Of a stretch of DNA of 64,000 nt, positions 25,077 to 37,704 are shown piece after piece. The DNA is taken from contig NW_003314265.1 of assembly GCF_000143415.4 (NCBI RefSeq), positions 135,199 to 199,198 of the forward strand. Reading direction: 5' to 3'. This DNA is from Selaginella moellendorffii (lineage: Eukaryota; Plantae; Lycopodiophyta). The notes under the pieces are model-generated. The model saw only the letters and a program-made list of their open reading frames with translations, did no database searches and was not told the origin of the DNA. Numbering within the stretch: the first letter of the stretch is position 1; the number at the start of each line of letters is the position of its first letter. The position numbers were made by a program, and so were the translations under genes.

Positions 25077-26493
25077 ATGGATTACGTGTGGGTGAGGAAG
25101 GATGGAGAAGGCGAGGCGCTGCGCGTTCCTCTCCACGATTCGAAGCATCTGATGGTGGACAGCATTGCGGCACACTGGGGACTGGACGCCGCCACGCTCC
25201 GTGTGGGTCAGACCGCTCTCTTCAAGGACGCGAATGGGAATTCGGTGATGACGGTGGAGCAAATCGCTGCCAATTCCAATGGCCATGGCGATGGCCAGTC
25301 CCAGCAGAATCCCCTCGTCATCACGGGTAACAGGAATCGCCTCTCCCAGGAAGAAGCAGAGGCGGCATTGGCCAAGACGAAACTCGGGATTGGAATTGCG
25401 AGAGCTCGCGAGCAGCGGAAGGAAGCAGATCGCCGCATCGCTATCTCCAAGCTGTGGCATGATGCGCTGTGTAGAGAGTTCTACCACGGATCAGGGATGT
25501 ATGCCTATTCCATGAAAGGCTTGGTTGGCGAGCCTCCGAGTGTGTTGGGAGAGGTGGTCGGCAGATTCGTCGGTACGGTACATGTAGCTCGCAAGACAGA
25601 AGCTCCCAGCGACAAGAACTGCAAGGGAATGGTGGCGCTTATCAGGCCAGATGGAAGCTGCATCACTGCTCTCCAATGCATCGAAGGGATGTTTAGTGGC
25701 AGTGGCAAGGTGGAAGAAAAGGTGATCGTGGTGAGCTTTCCACGCATCAAAGGAGGAGTTTTGTACGAGTGCAAGGTTGGTTCTCGTCTGTCTTCCTCGG
25801 TGGTGTGCCTGGAGCCGCAAGCCCACTGCTTGCAAGAATTTGAAGGGTGCTTGAAAATGGAAGTAATCAGTCTTCCATTGTTCCAGCGACTGTACACGTT
25901 TGGTGGCCACAAGTCTATGGATCTTATCAACGTCTTCTCGGTGGATCCAGAGGCTTTTCTGCCTGTGTCGGCTGTGCAAGACCTAGGTGCCCCCGTGTTT
26001 GCCGATGGAGGAAGCTTGATCGGTGTTGTTACGAACACGTTCCTTGGGAAGCTTGGTAGAGGAGACACGGACAGGAAGCGCAAGCTGCAATCTTTTCAAG
26101 GGCGGCATCTGGAATGCCAAAAGACTGCAGACTTGGACAAGGAGTTTGAGCATGCAAGGCTTTATCGCAATGTCTCGGAAGAGATGCATGACGTCTACTT
26201 ATGTAAGTTTTCTCTTCTATTTTTGTGTTATTGGATTACTACATTCGCTTGCAGGGGCAAAAGCTGCCATCCATCTGAACCGGGTTGTGCAGTTTGCTCC
26301 AGTGACGTGGAAGACACCGATTGATGAATGGAAGGAAGCTCATCCAGTTGAAAGTAAGTAGAAAGTTTACATCTCGAAATCTAATATCTAAATCCATTTT
26401 CTAGGCTTCGAGAAGGATCTCCCTCAAGAGCTTCCAAGCAGGAGATCCAAGACCGGATCAGCTCCTAGAGCAAAAACCTGTGTACTTGTCTAG
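25077..26493 (+). CDS. Trypsin-like pseudo-protease, copy A (putative ubiquitin-like header + helix + trypsin-like domain); 3 exons
   Basis: GSCITALQCI, SSSVVCLE and QDLGAPVFADGGSLIGVV align with the trypsin-2 motifs TxxH, DxAxL and SGGP, but His, Asp and Ser are replaced. Open frame, GT-AG introns near 26203 and 26354, telo-box just before the ATG. Confidence 0.65.
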
Positions 26494-26539
26494 AGAAACA
26501 ACTTAGTCTTCAGAAACAATGCTTATGCTACAAAGTCTA

Positions 26540-26705
26540 AGGCCTTCGTTTTCCAGCCTGCACCCCCTATTTTCCAGTTGCTCCACCACCCCGGAAGCCA
26601 AGAAGCTTCACCTTCTTGAGGCTTCCACAGTTGAGCAGCGGATTTCCAAAGCATTCCATGGAGACGTTCTTGAGGTGGACGAGCTTCATGTTTTGCATGC
26701 AGCCG
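26540..26705 (-). pseudogene. 3' fragment of the F-box/LRR gene (copy of ~40100-40275)
   Basis: GCMQNMKLVHLKNVSMECFGNPLLNCGSLKKVKLL is near-identical to the last exon of the FBL gene, with an internal deletion. Confidence 0.9.
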
Positions 26706-26959
26706 ATGTTCGCACTCGCTTGATGGCACCTTGCTCCTCCATGTGAGATTCTTGGTACCAATCCTACTTCTTGATAGGCAATTATCCTTACACTAAACTT
26801 AAACTTTCAACCACTGTGATTGGAGGACTAGAATTATAATAACATCTGATTTAATTTCAAGATAGGAAGTATTGTCCTATTGTGACTCAAAGTTGTTCAT
26901 TACAAAAGAAAAGTAAGCATTGCTACACTAAGTCTCACTGGAAAACTTGGTCCAGGGCT

Positions 26960-27085
26960 TCGTGCTTGTTGGCTCTTCTTCCTATCCTAAAGGTTTTCTG
27001 GAACTAACCAGTGTCCTACCTAGCTCTGCCAAGTTTTACCAAGTGGACATGCAGCGTTCCAAATGGGCCAACCTCGCCGGGTTTC
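26960..27085 (+). pseudogene. Deletion-riddled 3' fragment of ABCG
   Basis: [15 protein letters not shown] matches [15 protein letters not shown] at ~21955-22000. Confidence 0.85.
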
Positions 27086-27283
27086 TCGTTTCTTCTTGGG
27101 GTAGAAATTCATCGCTGCGCTCTTTCATCTTCGAGACGAAGAAAACCAACTGTAAAGGCTTCAGCTGAAGGGCATAAAGCATAGCATCTGAAGGTGCCTC
27201 TTTTATGTCTCCGTGGGTGGACAGAGTGGGCGGGCGTGGGGCTCTACTCCTCTTTAGGGCATCCAAGCATCCAAGCAGCGGCG

Positions 27284-28729
27284 ATGAGCGCCATGGTCAA
27301 GGGCCCCGCGGCGATGAATGTGGACGAGCAGCAGCATGTCCAGCACGGGCCATCGCTCGTGGAGCAGCTCCAGGTAAGTGAAATCCTAGAATTGTTAAAG
27401 GTTATTGTGTCTGTGTTGATGTCGATCGATCGCGCTTATTCCAGAAATCTCACTGTGGCATTTCCGCGGTGGATGTCAAGAAGCTCCCAGAGGCAGGGTT
27501 TTGTACCGTTGAAGCGGTGGCCTATTCGCCCAAGAAGGAGCTGCTCAAGATCAAAGGCATAAGCGAGGCTAAGGTCGACAAGATCACTGAAGCGGGTATG
27601 GACCTTTTGGTTTTGTTTTGTTTTTATTTTCTTCTCATTGTTCTATGGAACTTGCGTAGCGAAGCGACCAAGCTTGTTCCAATGGGATTTACAAGCGCCG
27701 CACAAATGCACGAGCAGCGATCGGAGATCATCCAACTAACATCGGGGTCCAAAGAACTCGACAAGATCCTCGAGGGGGGCAGAACTGAGATCTATGGAGA
27801 GTTTCGGACTGGAAAGACTCAGTTGTGTCATACGCTTTGTGTAGCATGTCAGGTATGTATCTTCGTTTTGACTTCATGGATCACTGAGTTTTGTGTCTAT
27901 TTCATTAGATCATGGAGGTGGTGAAGGCAAAGCAGATGCTGAAGGCAAAGCAGATGCTGAAGGAACTTTCAGGCCACAGAGATTGTTGCAAATAGAGGTC
28001 GGATCACGTTTTCCTTTTTTTTTCGTGATTTCTTATGATTGTTTCATTTTCTGGATGATAGATATGGGCTGAATGGAGCAGATGTTTTGGACAATATTCC
28101 CTACGCGAAAGCATACAACACTGATCATCAATCACAGCTGCTGTTGGAGGCGGCGTCTATGATGGCTAAATCGAGGTAAGCATTTCCCTTGATATGTTAA
28201 GCACTCTTGGCCTTCTCCTCGCAGGTTTGCCTTTATGGTAGTAGACAGCGCGACTGCTCTGTATCGCACCGATTTTTCGGGACGCGGTGAACTATCTGCC
28301 AGACAAATGTACCTTGCTAGATTCTTAATAAGCCTACAGAAACTGGCAGACGAGGTAAGCTCTCGATCGCTCTCTCGCTTGCCTTAAAATTTTAGAGTAA
28401 CATTTCGCTTCACAGTTTGGAGTGGCGGTGGTCCTGACTAACCAAGTTGTGGCACAAGTCGACGGGTCTGCCGTTTTCGCTGGTCCGCAAGTCAAGCCCA
28501 TCGGGGGCAACATAATCGCCCATGCCTCCACGACAAGGTACACGGGTGTCTGTCACTTCATTCTAGCTCTATTCTCTAAACTAATACTCACTGCTTTCTT
28601 CACAGACTAGCATTGCAGTATGGACGAGGGGAGGAACGGATATGCAAGATCGTTTGCTCGCCATGCTTAGCAGAGCAAGAAGCTCGTTTCCAGATCTCTG
28701 GCAACGGCATCATTGATGTCACAGATTAA
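27284..28729 (+). pseudogene. RAD51: RAD51 pseudogene 1 (intron-containing duplicate)
   Basis: Colinear with 22434-23871. It has lost the intron-1 acceptor, [10 protein letters not shown] is deleted to GGRTE, and exon 4 carries a deletion plus an 18-bp duplication (gaaggcaaagcagatgct x2). Confidence 0.9.
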
Positions 28730-29039
28730 TGCTCCACAGAAAGCTTCATAAGCTGCTAAACGCTTTCACGTTAAAATATATCCGATGGTTATTTTACCGA
28801 ATACAACAGCGTACAGTAGAAGTAACCACTATAACGTGCTTGATTATGTCTGTTTAATTAAGTTCAAAACACGTTACGTATCCTCCAACTCTTTCACGTT
28901 AAAATATATTCCATGGTTATTTTACCGATTAATGAATACAACAGCGTAGAGTAGAAGTACTATAACGTGCTTGATTATGTCAACGTGGTGCTCGAGCACC
29001 ACGCTAAGTATTTGATTATGTGCTCCAATTTGAATATAT

Positions 29040-29560
29040 CCTTCCTCGTTGCTGCAGTATGCATACTATCTGAGAAAGCAGTGACCAATGCACAGTCAGA
29101 GGTTATGCGATGAATTGCTTGATTTCAATGACCAGGTGCGTTGACGATTACAACAGGAAAATGGGGAACTGACGGAACAGTGGACATATCAGTTTCAACA
29201 ACACATCTGGAATTGGCCCACAATTTCTAGATCTGGACAATCCGGGGGATGATTTCAAGCCTCGTACCGATAATAAGTATCATCGACAAGGTCCATGCTT
29301 GAGAAATATCTGTGGTTTCAAGCTCACCCTTAAGGATTTTGGGCCAAGAGAAAGGGAGCCTCGTGGTGCGTTGATTGTTTGTGAGAGCAATGGTGAAGAG
29401 ATATCAAGATATGCATGTAACTTTGGCGAATTTGGAGGATACCTGTTGACTGAGCTGATCGGATGAAAGTCAGATAGTGTGTGGGTGAGTTACTGTGAAC
29501 AGATGGCATGCAAGACAATATGTGAGAATCCCAAGAGAAACTGATGGTATCTTGAGCTCA
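29040..29560 (+). pseudogene. PLAT gene pseudogene (duplicate of 24091-24670)
   Basis: Colinear with the PLAT gene but lacks the start region and carries indels and stops. Confidence 0.85.
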
Positions 29561-32059
29561 AGTGAATAGATTTTTTGCAATCTTAAATAATCATTGTCTG
29601 ATTGAATTTCTAATAAAAGTTCAGCATATGCACCTCACTCACCATGGACTAATGCATAATGCGCTTGCCATTATGCATGAATCCTGGAAGACACCATCTA
29701 TCCACCTGAAACCTTTATTGAAGTCTGGTTTAAATTTGAAGGGAGTATTGATTGAGAGTGAACTGAACTTGTGAGGCTATTGTAAAATTCTTTTCAAGTG
29801 AGCCAGGACTGTGCAAAAATATTGAAACTCCCAGATATGTAAAACATATCAATCACTGAAAAATCAAGCTAAGGATTTTATGTTTCTAAGTCTGTGGGAA
29901 GAGCTAACTCCAGCTGAAGCTTCCCGGTGGTTGGTGCACCCCAATAGCTTAATTTATTATTTTGTTTGCTAAAAATATATCAACTGGATTTTTCTTTCCC
30001 TAAAATCTTTAGTTTATGTGAATTATTTTAACAGTTTTTATTGACTCTAAACGTTTTCACTTGATTTTCTAACTAGAAAATATGGTTATTTATTGCTACT
30101 TTATTAAAACAAATTATAATTTGAACACTAAAGCTTTATTTTGCATGGGATTAGTGTTATATTCATGAACAGGGTCAAATTATTTGTAGATGGGATAATT
30201 GTTTCTAATAGGTGTATGTGAGATTGATTTACTACATGATTTGTGTCAATCAAAAGAAAATTCTAATTTATTGTATAAGTAACTATCAGTATCACTTGCC
30301 AAAGAATTGATCTTGATATGCATAAATATTTCCATTCTTGGTTATTGGCTATCAAAGAACATTGATTTCTAAGTACTTTTTAAATTTAATAGATTTTAAG
30401 AAAAACTAAAGTTTTAAAGATCTTGCTCTATTGGACATCCCATTTACAAATGAAATTATTAATAACATGCATATTCTTAAATGAAGTAAATACTTTCTTT
30501 CTTCAGATTTAATATTTTTATAAAGGTTTATGAATAAAATGGTGTCAATTGAAAAGAAGCTACCTTGAACATACAAAAACATAAGGTGAATAACAAAATC
30601 TAAAATAAGAAAAAATTATGTTTTTTAGAGGCTTTTTAATCAATAAGATTGTTTATTCAAATATTATCATATTTTTAAAAAATTACAGTAACAGTAAATA
30701 AAAAAAACTATAATAATGAAAAAAATGCCATATTTGGCTCTAACAACTTTAAAAAATAATTAAACTTATAATCAATTGAAAAAGAGAAATATCAATCAAA
30801 GGAAGGATGTGGTTAAAAGATATAAATTGATCAATGAAGAATGTAGTCTTTATTTTGAAAAATTTAAATTTAGTTATTGCTACTTTAAACTTTCTTTAAT
30901 TATTTAACTATAAACATAACTATTCATTATCATTAATATAAACTATCCAATTGAAAGTTTAATATAAAGTAATTTTTAAAAAACTATTAACGTCATTGAC
31001 TTTATGGGATCACTATTACCAAATGGTCAAATATTTCAACAAGTTGAAATATTATAATTTAGTGAAAAATTAGACATAATTATTATTTAATTTAAAATCA
31101 CTAGTCATGCTAGCAATATTTATCTTAAAATTATGCATGGTGAAAAGATCATTATACCTAGTAAAAAAAAAATTAATAAGTGCACTTGAGTCGAATGAAT
31201 ATATAAACCAATGTATAAAAAAATTAAATAACTGCATTTAGAGTTATATAAATAAACAAACTAATGTATAAAATAAAATCGTTGCTTTCATTATATATTT
31301 TATTGAAAGCATAATTTACTAGGTATAATTTTGTTTTCTTCTATCTAAAATAAACTCAACAAAAAATAGGTTTTAAAAGTTTGGCAGTTTAAAAACAAGT
31401 AGAATATACTTTTATATTCTTTGTAGAATAGATTTTACGTGAAAATTCTTCAAGAAATGTTATTAAATTTGTGAGGAGTTAAAAAATATTTTAAAAATGG
31501 AGATACCTTTTTTAAATTTTTCTAAAATAAGTATTTTAAAAATTTATAAGTTCATGATAAAGTACTTTTTTTTCTATTATATGCACTTCTACCTTCATTA
31601 AAATAAAAATCTATTTCAATAGTAAGATTATGAAAGTTTTAATTATAACAATATATTCACTAAAAAAGAATGGCTCTAATTTAATTAAAAAGATGGAATG
31701 ACAATTAAATGATAATACACATACATAACATTAATTAAATGAAAAAGGATTATATTTTTTTAGTTATTATTTAGGTTAAACTGATGTTTTGGGAGAATTG
31801 GCTTTTTTTATCAAAAATATATATAAAAGTTCATGTTAAAGGTTTTTAGCAATATTGTGAAGAGATTAAAGCCAAAATATCACTTAATAAGCTAAAAAAG
31901 AAAATATTAAAATGATAATTATCAACTCTATATATTTCTTTTATCTTTGCTTTATATTATTAATCTCTTTTTTATTATTTAAGAAGAACTCCTAAACAGT
32001 CATAGAAAAAATAAAAAGTAGTTAATAGGTTGAAAAATATTATCTCAAAGGTAGGTGTT

Positions 32060-34200
32060 AAGGATTATTACTTATATTTGCATTAAAATGGTTGGATGAG
32101 GCTAAATTTCCACAATTTGCTAAAGTTTGTATCAGGTAAATTTTGACAATTATAAATATGAAAATTTTAAACCTTTAAATAATGGATTACTCACTCTCTT
32201 TTATAAAATGTAGTGTTATGTTTCTTTATATATTCTTTGTAAACTTTAATTAAATATTTATACATTATTTAAAAAATTATATATTTTCATTATATGCTAT
32301 TATGTTATAAGCAATAATCTCAAGAATAATGGGGAAGCTTTATAACTAACTTTAAACTTTAAGGAAGAAAATATATGTATTACATATTTTCCATGTTTTA
32401 ATGTAAAGGGGGATTTGAAACTGTAAGCAATCAAGTTTTATGTAATTCATGAATTTTAAGATCTAGATGTTGCAATTTTACAACTCAAAAGTTTCAATAA
32501 TAAAATATATATGCTACCAATTTTGATTCCTATGTAGAAAAAATTGGGAAAAAATTAAAAATCAGAAGAAAATAACATAAAATTGATCCTCTTATATTCT
32601 AATATAATATTTAAAATCCACGAATTATGATGATACCTCTTCTTGTTTTGATCTTTGCTATCACTAACTCATAAAAAAAAATTATGTTTTTAGTGATTAT
32701 TTGAGTTAAACTAAAATTTTACGAGTATTGATTTTTTATAAAATTTTTTTCAAGATTAGTTATAGGAGTTTATGTTGAAATTTTTTAGCAAAATTCTAGA
32801 GATATTGAATACATATGTATTACATATTTTCCATGTTTTAATGTAAAAGGGGATTTGAAATTGTAAGCATTCAAGTTTTATGTAATTCATGAATTTGAAG
32901 ATCTAGATGTTGCAATTTTACAACTCAAAATTTTCAATAATAAAATATATATGCTACAACCTTTGATTCCTATGTAGAAAAAATTGGGAAAAAGTTAAAA
33001 ATCAGAAGAAAATAACATAAAATTGATCCTCTTATATTTTAATATAATATTGAAAATCCACGAATTATGATGATACCTCTTCTTGTTTTGATCTTTGCTA
33101 TCACTAACTCATAGAAAAAATTATGTTTTTAGTGACTATTTGTGTTAAATTAATATTTTACGAGTATTGATTTTTTATAATTGTTTTTTCAAGATTAGTT
33201 ATAGGAGTTCATGTTGAAATTTTTTAGCAAAATTTTAAAGATATTGAATACATATGTATTACATATTTTCCATGTTTTAATGTAAAAGGGGATTTGAAAT
33301 TGTAAGCATTCAAGTTTTATGTAATTCATGAATTTGAAGATCTAGATGTTGCAATTTTACAACTCAAAAGTTTCAATAATAAAATATATATGCTACCAAT
33401 TTTGATTCCTATATAGAAAAAATTGGGAAAAAGTTAAAAATCATAAGAAAATAACATAAAATTGATCCTCTTATATTCTAATATAATATTTAAAATCCAC
33501 GAATTATGATGATACCTCTTCTTGTTTTGATCTTTGCTATCACTAACTCATAAAAAAAAATTATGTTTTTAGTGATTATTTGAGTTAACCTAAAATTTTA
33601 CGAGTATTGATTTTTTTTAAATTTTTTTTCAAAATTAGTTATAGGAGTTCATGTTGAAATTTTTTAGCAAAATTCTAGAGATATTGAAGACATATGTATT
33701 ACATATTTTCCATGTTATAATGTAAAAGGGGATTTGAAATTGTAAGCATTCAAGTTTTATGTAGTTCAGAAATTTGAAGATCTAGATGTTGCAATTTTAC
33801 AACTCAAAAGTTTCAATAATAAAATATATATGCTACCAATTTTGATTTCTATATAGAAAAAATTGGGAAAAAGTTAAAAATCAGAAGAAAATAACATAAA
33901 ATTGATCCTCTTATATTTTAATATAATATTAAAAATCCATGAATTATGATGATACCTTTTCTTGTTTTGATCTTTGCTATCACTAACTCATAAAAAAAAT
34001 TATGTTTTTAGTGACTATTTGTGTTAAATTAATATTTTACGAGTATTGATTTTTTATAAAAAAAATTTCAAGATTAGTTATAGGAGTTCATGTTGAAATT
34101 TTTTAGCAAAATTCTCTAGATATTGAAGCTAGAATATCTTGATATACCCAATGATCTAAAAAAGATAACATTAAAATGATAAAGCTGAAGAGAATAAATG
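32060..34200 (+). pseudogene. AT-decayed copy of the trypsin-like protease gene with its Asp/Ser-encoding half amplified four times
   Basis: From ~32075: LLLIFALKWLDEAKFPQFAKVCIR*ILT (intact gene LLYVRPLGWSEEAVPQHARCCVGRILT). Repeat unit: TYFPCFNVKG...AFKFYVIHEFEDLDVAILQLKSFNNKIYMLPI (intact AYFPCYNSAG...AFRFHVVKEDADLDVAILYLEGCNNTVYMQPI). From ~34125: LKLEYLDIPNDL (intact LKPEFLDVPDNL). Confidence 0.85.
32371..34130. repeat. Tandem array, 4 x ~440 bp
   Basis: tacatattttccatg recurs at 32381, 32821, 33260 and 33700; a more diverged unit starts at ~35362. Confidence 0.95.
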
Positions 34201-34209
34201 CATAATATA

Positions 34210-34535
34210 ACGCTCCCCTCTTTTATATGTTTACCCCCTTTGTTATAGCCACTACTCACTCCCTTTGTATTATAGTTGGTTTTCTTTTAGAATAGAGAGA
34301 ATGTAAAAGATGTCAGTGACCGATGAAATATTAACTTGATAATTGAGGTTGTAAAGATGGTTTAAAGTAAAACTATAAACATTGTAATATCACAAGATCT
34401 TTTAGAACTAGCACTTAGTTTGTACATAGTAATTTCAGATTTACTCAAATACTTTAATTGATGTATTGTTAGTGTATTAAAATGCCAGAAGATGAAGCCC
34501 ATATTGAGTATAATATTAAAAGTGAGAACACATAT
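34210..34535 (+). mobile_element. Partial second copy of the Merlin-like element (5' region and N-terminal Zn-finger part)
   Basis: Homologous to ~37705-37780 plus ~38025-38280; reads CKDGLK*NYKHCNITRSFRTST*FVHSNF. Confidence 0.6.
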
Positions 34536-34849
34536 GAAAGTAAAATTTTTATTGACTATTGGCTAAAATGTTTAACTCTTCTAGTATTGTGATTTTATGC
34601 TTTGAGTGAATATGTACTAAAATGAGATGAAATGAATTGCATGACTTTTCCAAAATTGGTGTTTTCTTCCTTTCTAGATCTTATGGTACACAATGGCACA
34701 TAGGGGATATATTTTCGTAGTGGAGTCACCAATTAATATAAAGAGACTTTGATAAAAATAAAGAGTAAAATAATGTATGGGGAAATAAAAGGGGTGAAAA
34801 AATAGATTAGGGAAACATTTTTTACATTTTTTTTATGACATAAATAAGA

Positions 34850-35870
34850 AGTTGAGTGTTGTAATACATGATATTTTCAATGTAGTAGAGGAAAATCATC
34901 TTTATGGGGTTAATATTCATCTTCATCATGAGAATAAATAGTAAAAATAGCAGTGATGGAGACTTTTATTTTTTATTTTTTGCATTACTAATAAAAACTT
35001 TATAAAGTGAAAACTACAATAATAAAGGCTTGAGGGGAAAATTTATTACCTTCACTAAGAATACATAACAGATAATCACGAATAGCAATAGAAATGATAA
35101 GAGTAACAATATAGTAAAACTGTGAAAAATAAAGTGTAAAACAAAGTAAAGAAAAACTTTTTTCATTTGGTCATCAATTATATGGATAACCAAAAATATA
35201 CCTTATTAATTGGGAATTTTCTTATTCACTTATTTTAGATTAAAGTTTTTTACCTTATCACTCTTTATGTCTTTTTTTTTTTAGTTTGCATTGTTAATCT
35301 CTCTTTTGCTTATTCAAGGAAAACACTAAACAGTTATTAAAGGATAGGTTTTGAAAGTTATTACATATTTTCCATGCTTTAATGTAAAGAGGGATTTGTA
35401 ACTGCGAGCATTCAAATTTTATGTAATTTATGAATTTGAAGATTTAGATGTTGCAATTTTGCAGTTTAAAGGTTGCAACAATAGAGCATATATGTTGCTA
35501 CTTTCGACTCTTATACTGGAAAAATTAGAAAAAAAGAAAAAATTACAAGAAAGTAACATAAAATTTATCCATTTTTCAATTTTAAGTTTAAGTTTCATTT
35601 TTTCTCAAACTTATAGACATCACATTTTAGTATAACACTAAAAATTTATGAGTTATGATAATAATTTATTTTGTTTTGACCTTTGCTATCACTAACTCGG
35701 GAGGAAGATTATGTTTTTTGGTGACTAATTTAGCTAAACCAACATTTTGTGAGCATTAAAATTTTTTTTAAGACTATTTATAAGGGTTTATGTTAAATTT
35801 TTTTTAGCAATATTGTAGAGAGCTCTCTAATTTTTTAGAGAGCTTGAAGTCTTTGCTCCAATGATATATA
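34850..35870 (+). pseudogene. Further decayed trypsin-like protease copy; another fragment at ~31740-31940
   Basis: From ~35360: TYFPCFNVKRDL*LRAFKFYVIYEFEDLDVAILQFKGCNNRAYML. The fragment at ~31850 reads SNIVKRLKPKY (intact GNIAERLKPEF). Boundaries approximate. Confidence 0.75.
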
Positions 35871-36982
35871 TCACATATAAAATAGGTTTTAGCATTGATT
35901 TATAATATCATTTATACTTGATTTATTCTTCTATGCACTAATATTCATGGTGACAAGAGTAATAAGCTTTACCTCATTTGTGTAACAAACTTGCTAGGAA
36001 AATGAAAAATTTCTTACTTCAATTCAGCTATAATAAACTTCATAGTAGCCGTTTGTATGCTTTTGAGTCTGCTTATATCTATTAAGAAATCAATTAGGAA
36101 AAGAAAGAGAAATGCAATACATGATAAGAGAGTTACTTTGACATATAAGATTTGTTAAGACATAAATATACATTCCTCAATATCCCATAAAGATTAGCAA
36201 AACTTTCTTGAGCATAGAAGGTTTGACATTACTTATGGTTTTTTTGCCTCCTAATTGATTGCTTTATAAAACTAGAGCTATTTGCTACACTTTAGGGAAA
36301 GTAAGACTCATCTCAAAGTAGACTTCCATTCAATTGTGAAATGTTAAACTATTTTTTGTCAATCAACTTCCTGTTAGAGTGTGCATTTTTCTTATGAAAA
36401 TGATGTATTAAACCACTCCAAAAGAATTTAAATTGCCCATATGAACCCCCTTAATGAAGCACCATATCCACTACACATTTTCGTATTAATCCAGCCAACC
36501 AAGTATATTTATGGAAGTTGTGATTATGAGAGTAGCATTTGCTTAGAGAAGCATAATCATGAGGAAGAACAATATGAAACATACAAGCACCCTCTATTGA
36601 CATAGCAGGAATTACTTAATCCAAAAATTAACCCTAAAAATCTCACAAATCAATTTGAAGCCAATACTAAGCACATTGTTGAAGTCTTTTAGCAAATAGG
36701 TAGTTTGCCCTAGGTTGTTAGCTAACTAGCCCATTTTTCTATGAGTGTGTGTTTTATATAATTTTCTAGAATGGTAGGAGTCAAGTTAGGGAGATTAATA
36801 AAAAAAAAAAATATCATTATATCATTCTAAGGTTCAAAGAGTTGTATCTTCTTCTCTTTGAGTTTATGGTCCATGTCAAGGAGGTGTGAATGCAAATTGT
36901 GACCATATAGCTAAGGTGAACAAAGCCTCACTTTTAGCACCTATAGATATTCTCACAATGGAGGCAAATATTTTATGATCAA

Positions 36983-37680
36983 TTGATCTTGGTTGGAGTG
37001 GCATTTAACTTTGGGAAGCTCATGCCTAAGACAATTAAAATGTTAAGAGAGTGGCAATGTGATCCAAGGCTTGGGAAGATCACCATGCTTGGCCAATCAT
37101 TTGCTCGTTCCAAGGACTATAGTGCAACTAAGGTACAAACTTGGTTCACATCCACATATAATATTGCATGATTAAATCAATGTGATCAACAGCAAGTTAA
37201 TATCATTTTTCTCCTTATCTTCTTCTAGGTTCCTAGCCCTCCTCATAGGTGATACTGATTTCACTCGAGAGCAAATCAACAATAAAGTCGCCAAGTGAAG
37301 GTTTAGGTTCAAGAAGGTATATATGCGAGACATCAAGTGCTTCTCATTCCTTAACCGAGTGCTAGAGAATGAAATGACCCCCATCCTCATTATCACCATA
37401 AGGGCATCATGAAGAACTACAAATTGTCACAACATCCCACTCAATCTTCCAAACTTACTACTTATAATCTTGATGTAATCTTACATAAAGGACAAGATGC
37501 AATGGATTTTGGACATTCAGGTGGGTGGAGATGGCTTGCCAAAGAGCAGCTCACCAAGATTAGGGAGGAGACTTCACTTAGTGGCCTTGGCTTACCAAAA
37601 GTGAAGAGGAAAGCATTAAGGACATCAACAAAGTCTACTCACTTTTCATGGATATGAAGCGATTGACACAATTCTTAGGT
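36983..37680 (+). pseudogene. Inverted, decayed copy of RUVBL2
   Basis: [26 protein letters not shown] and DIKCFSFLNRVLENEMTPILI match 45474-46932. An intron remnant is kept (aacagcaagttaatatc...), so this is a DNA-level duplicate. Confidence 0.88.
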
Positions 37681-37704
37681 TTAAGAGTACAAATGCACAA
37701 TCTA

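Noticed and set aside
32371-34130. Possible CRISPR-like or centromeric array
   Set aside because: The units are ~440 bp with no repeat-spacer structure and translate to a decayed protease segment.
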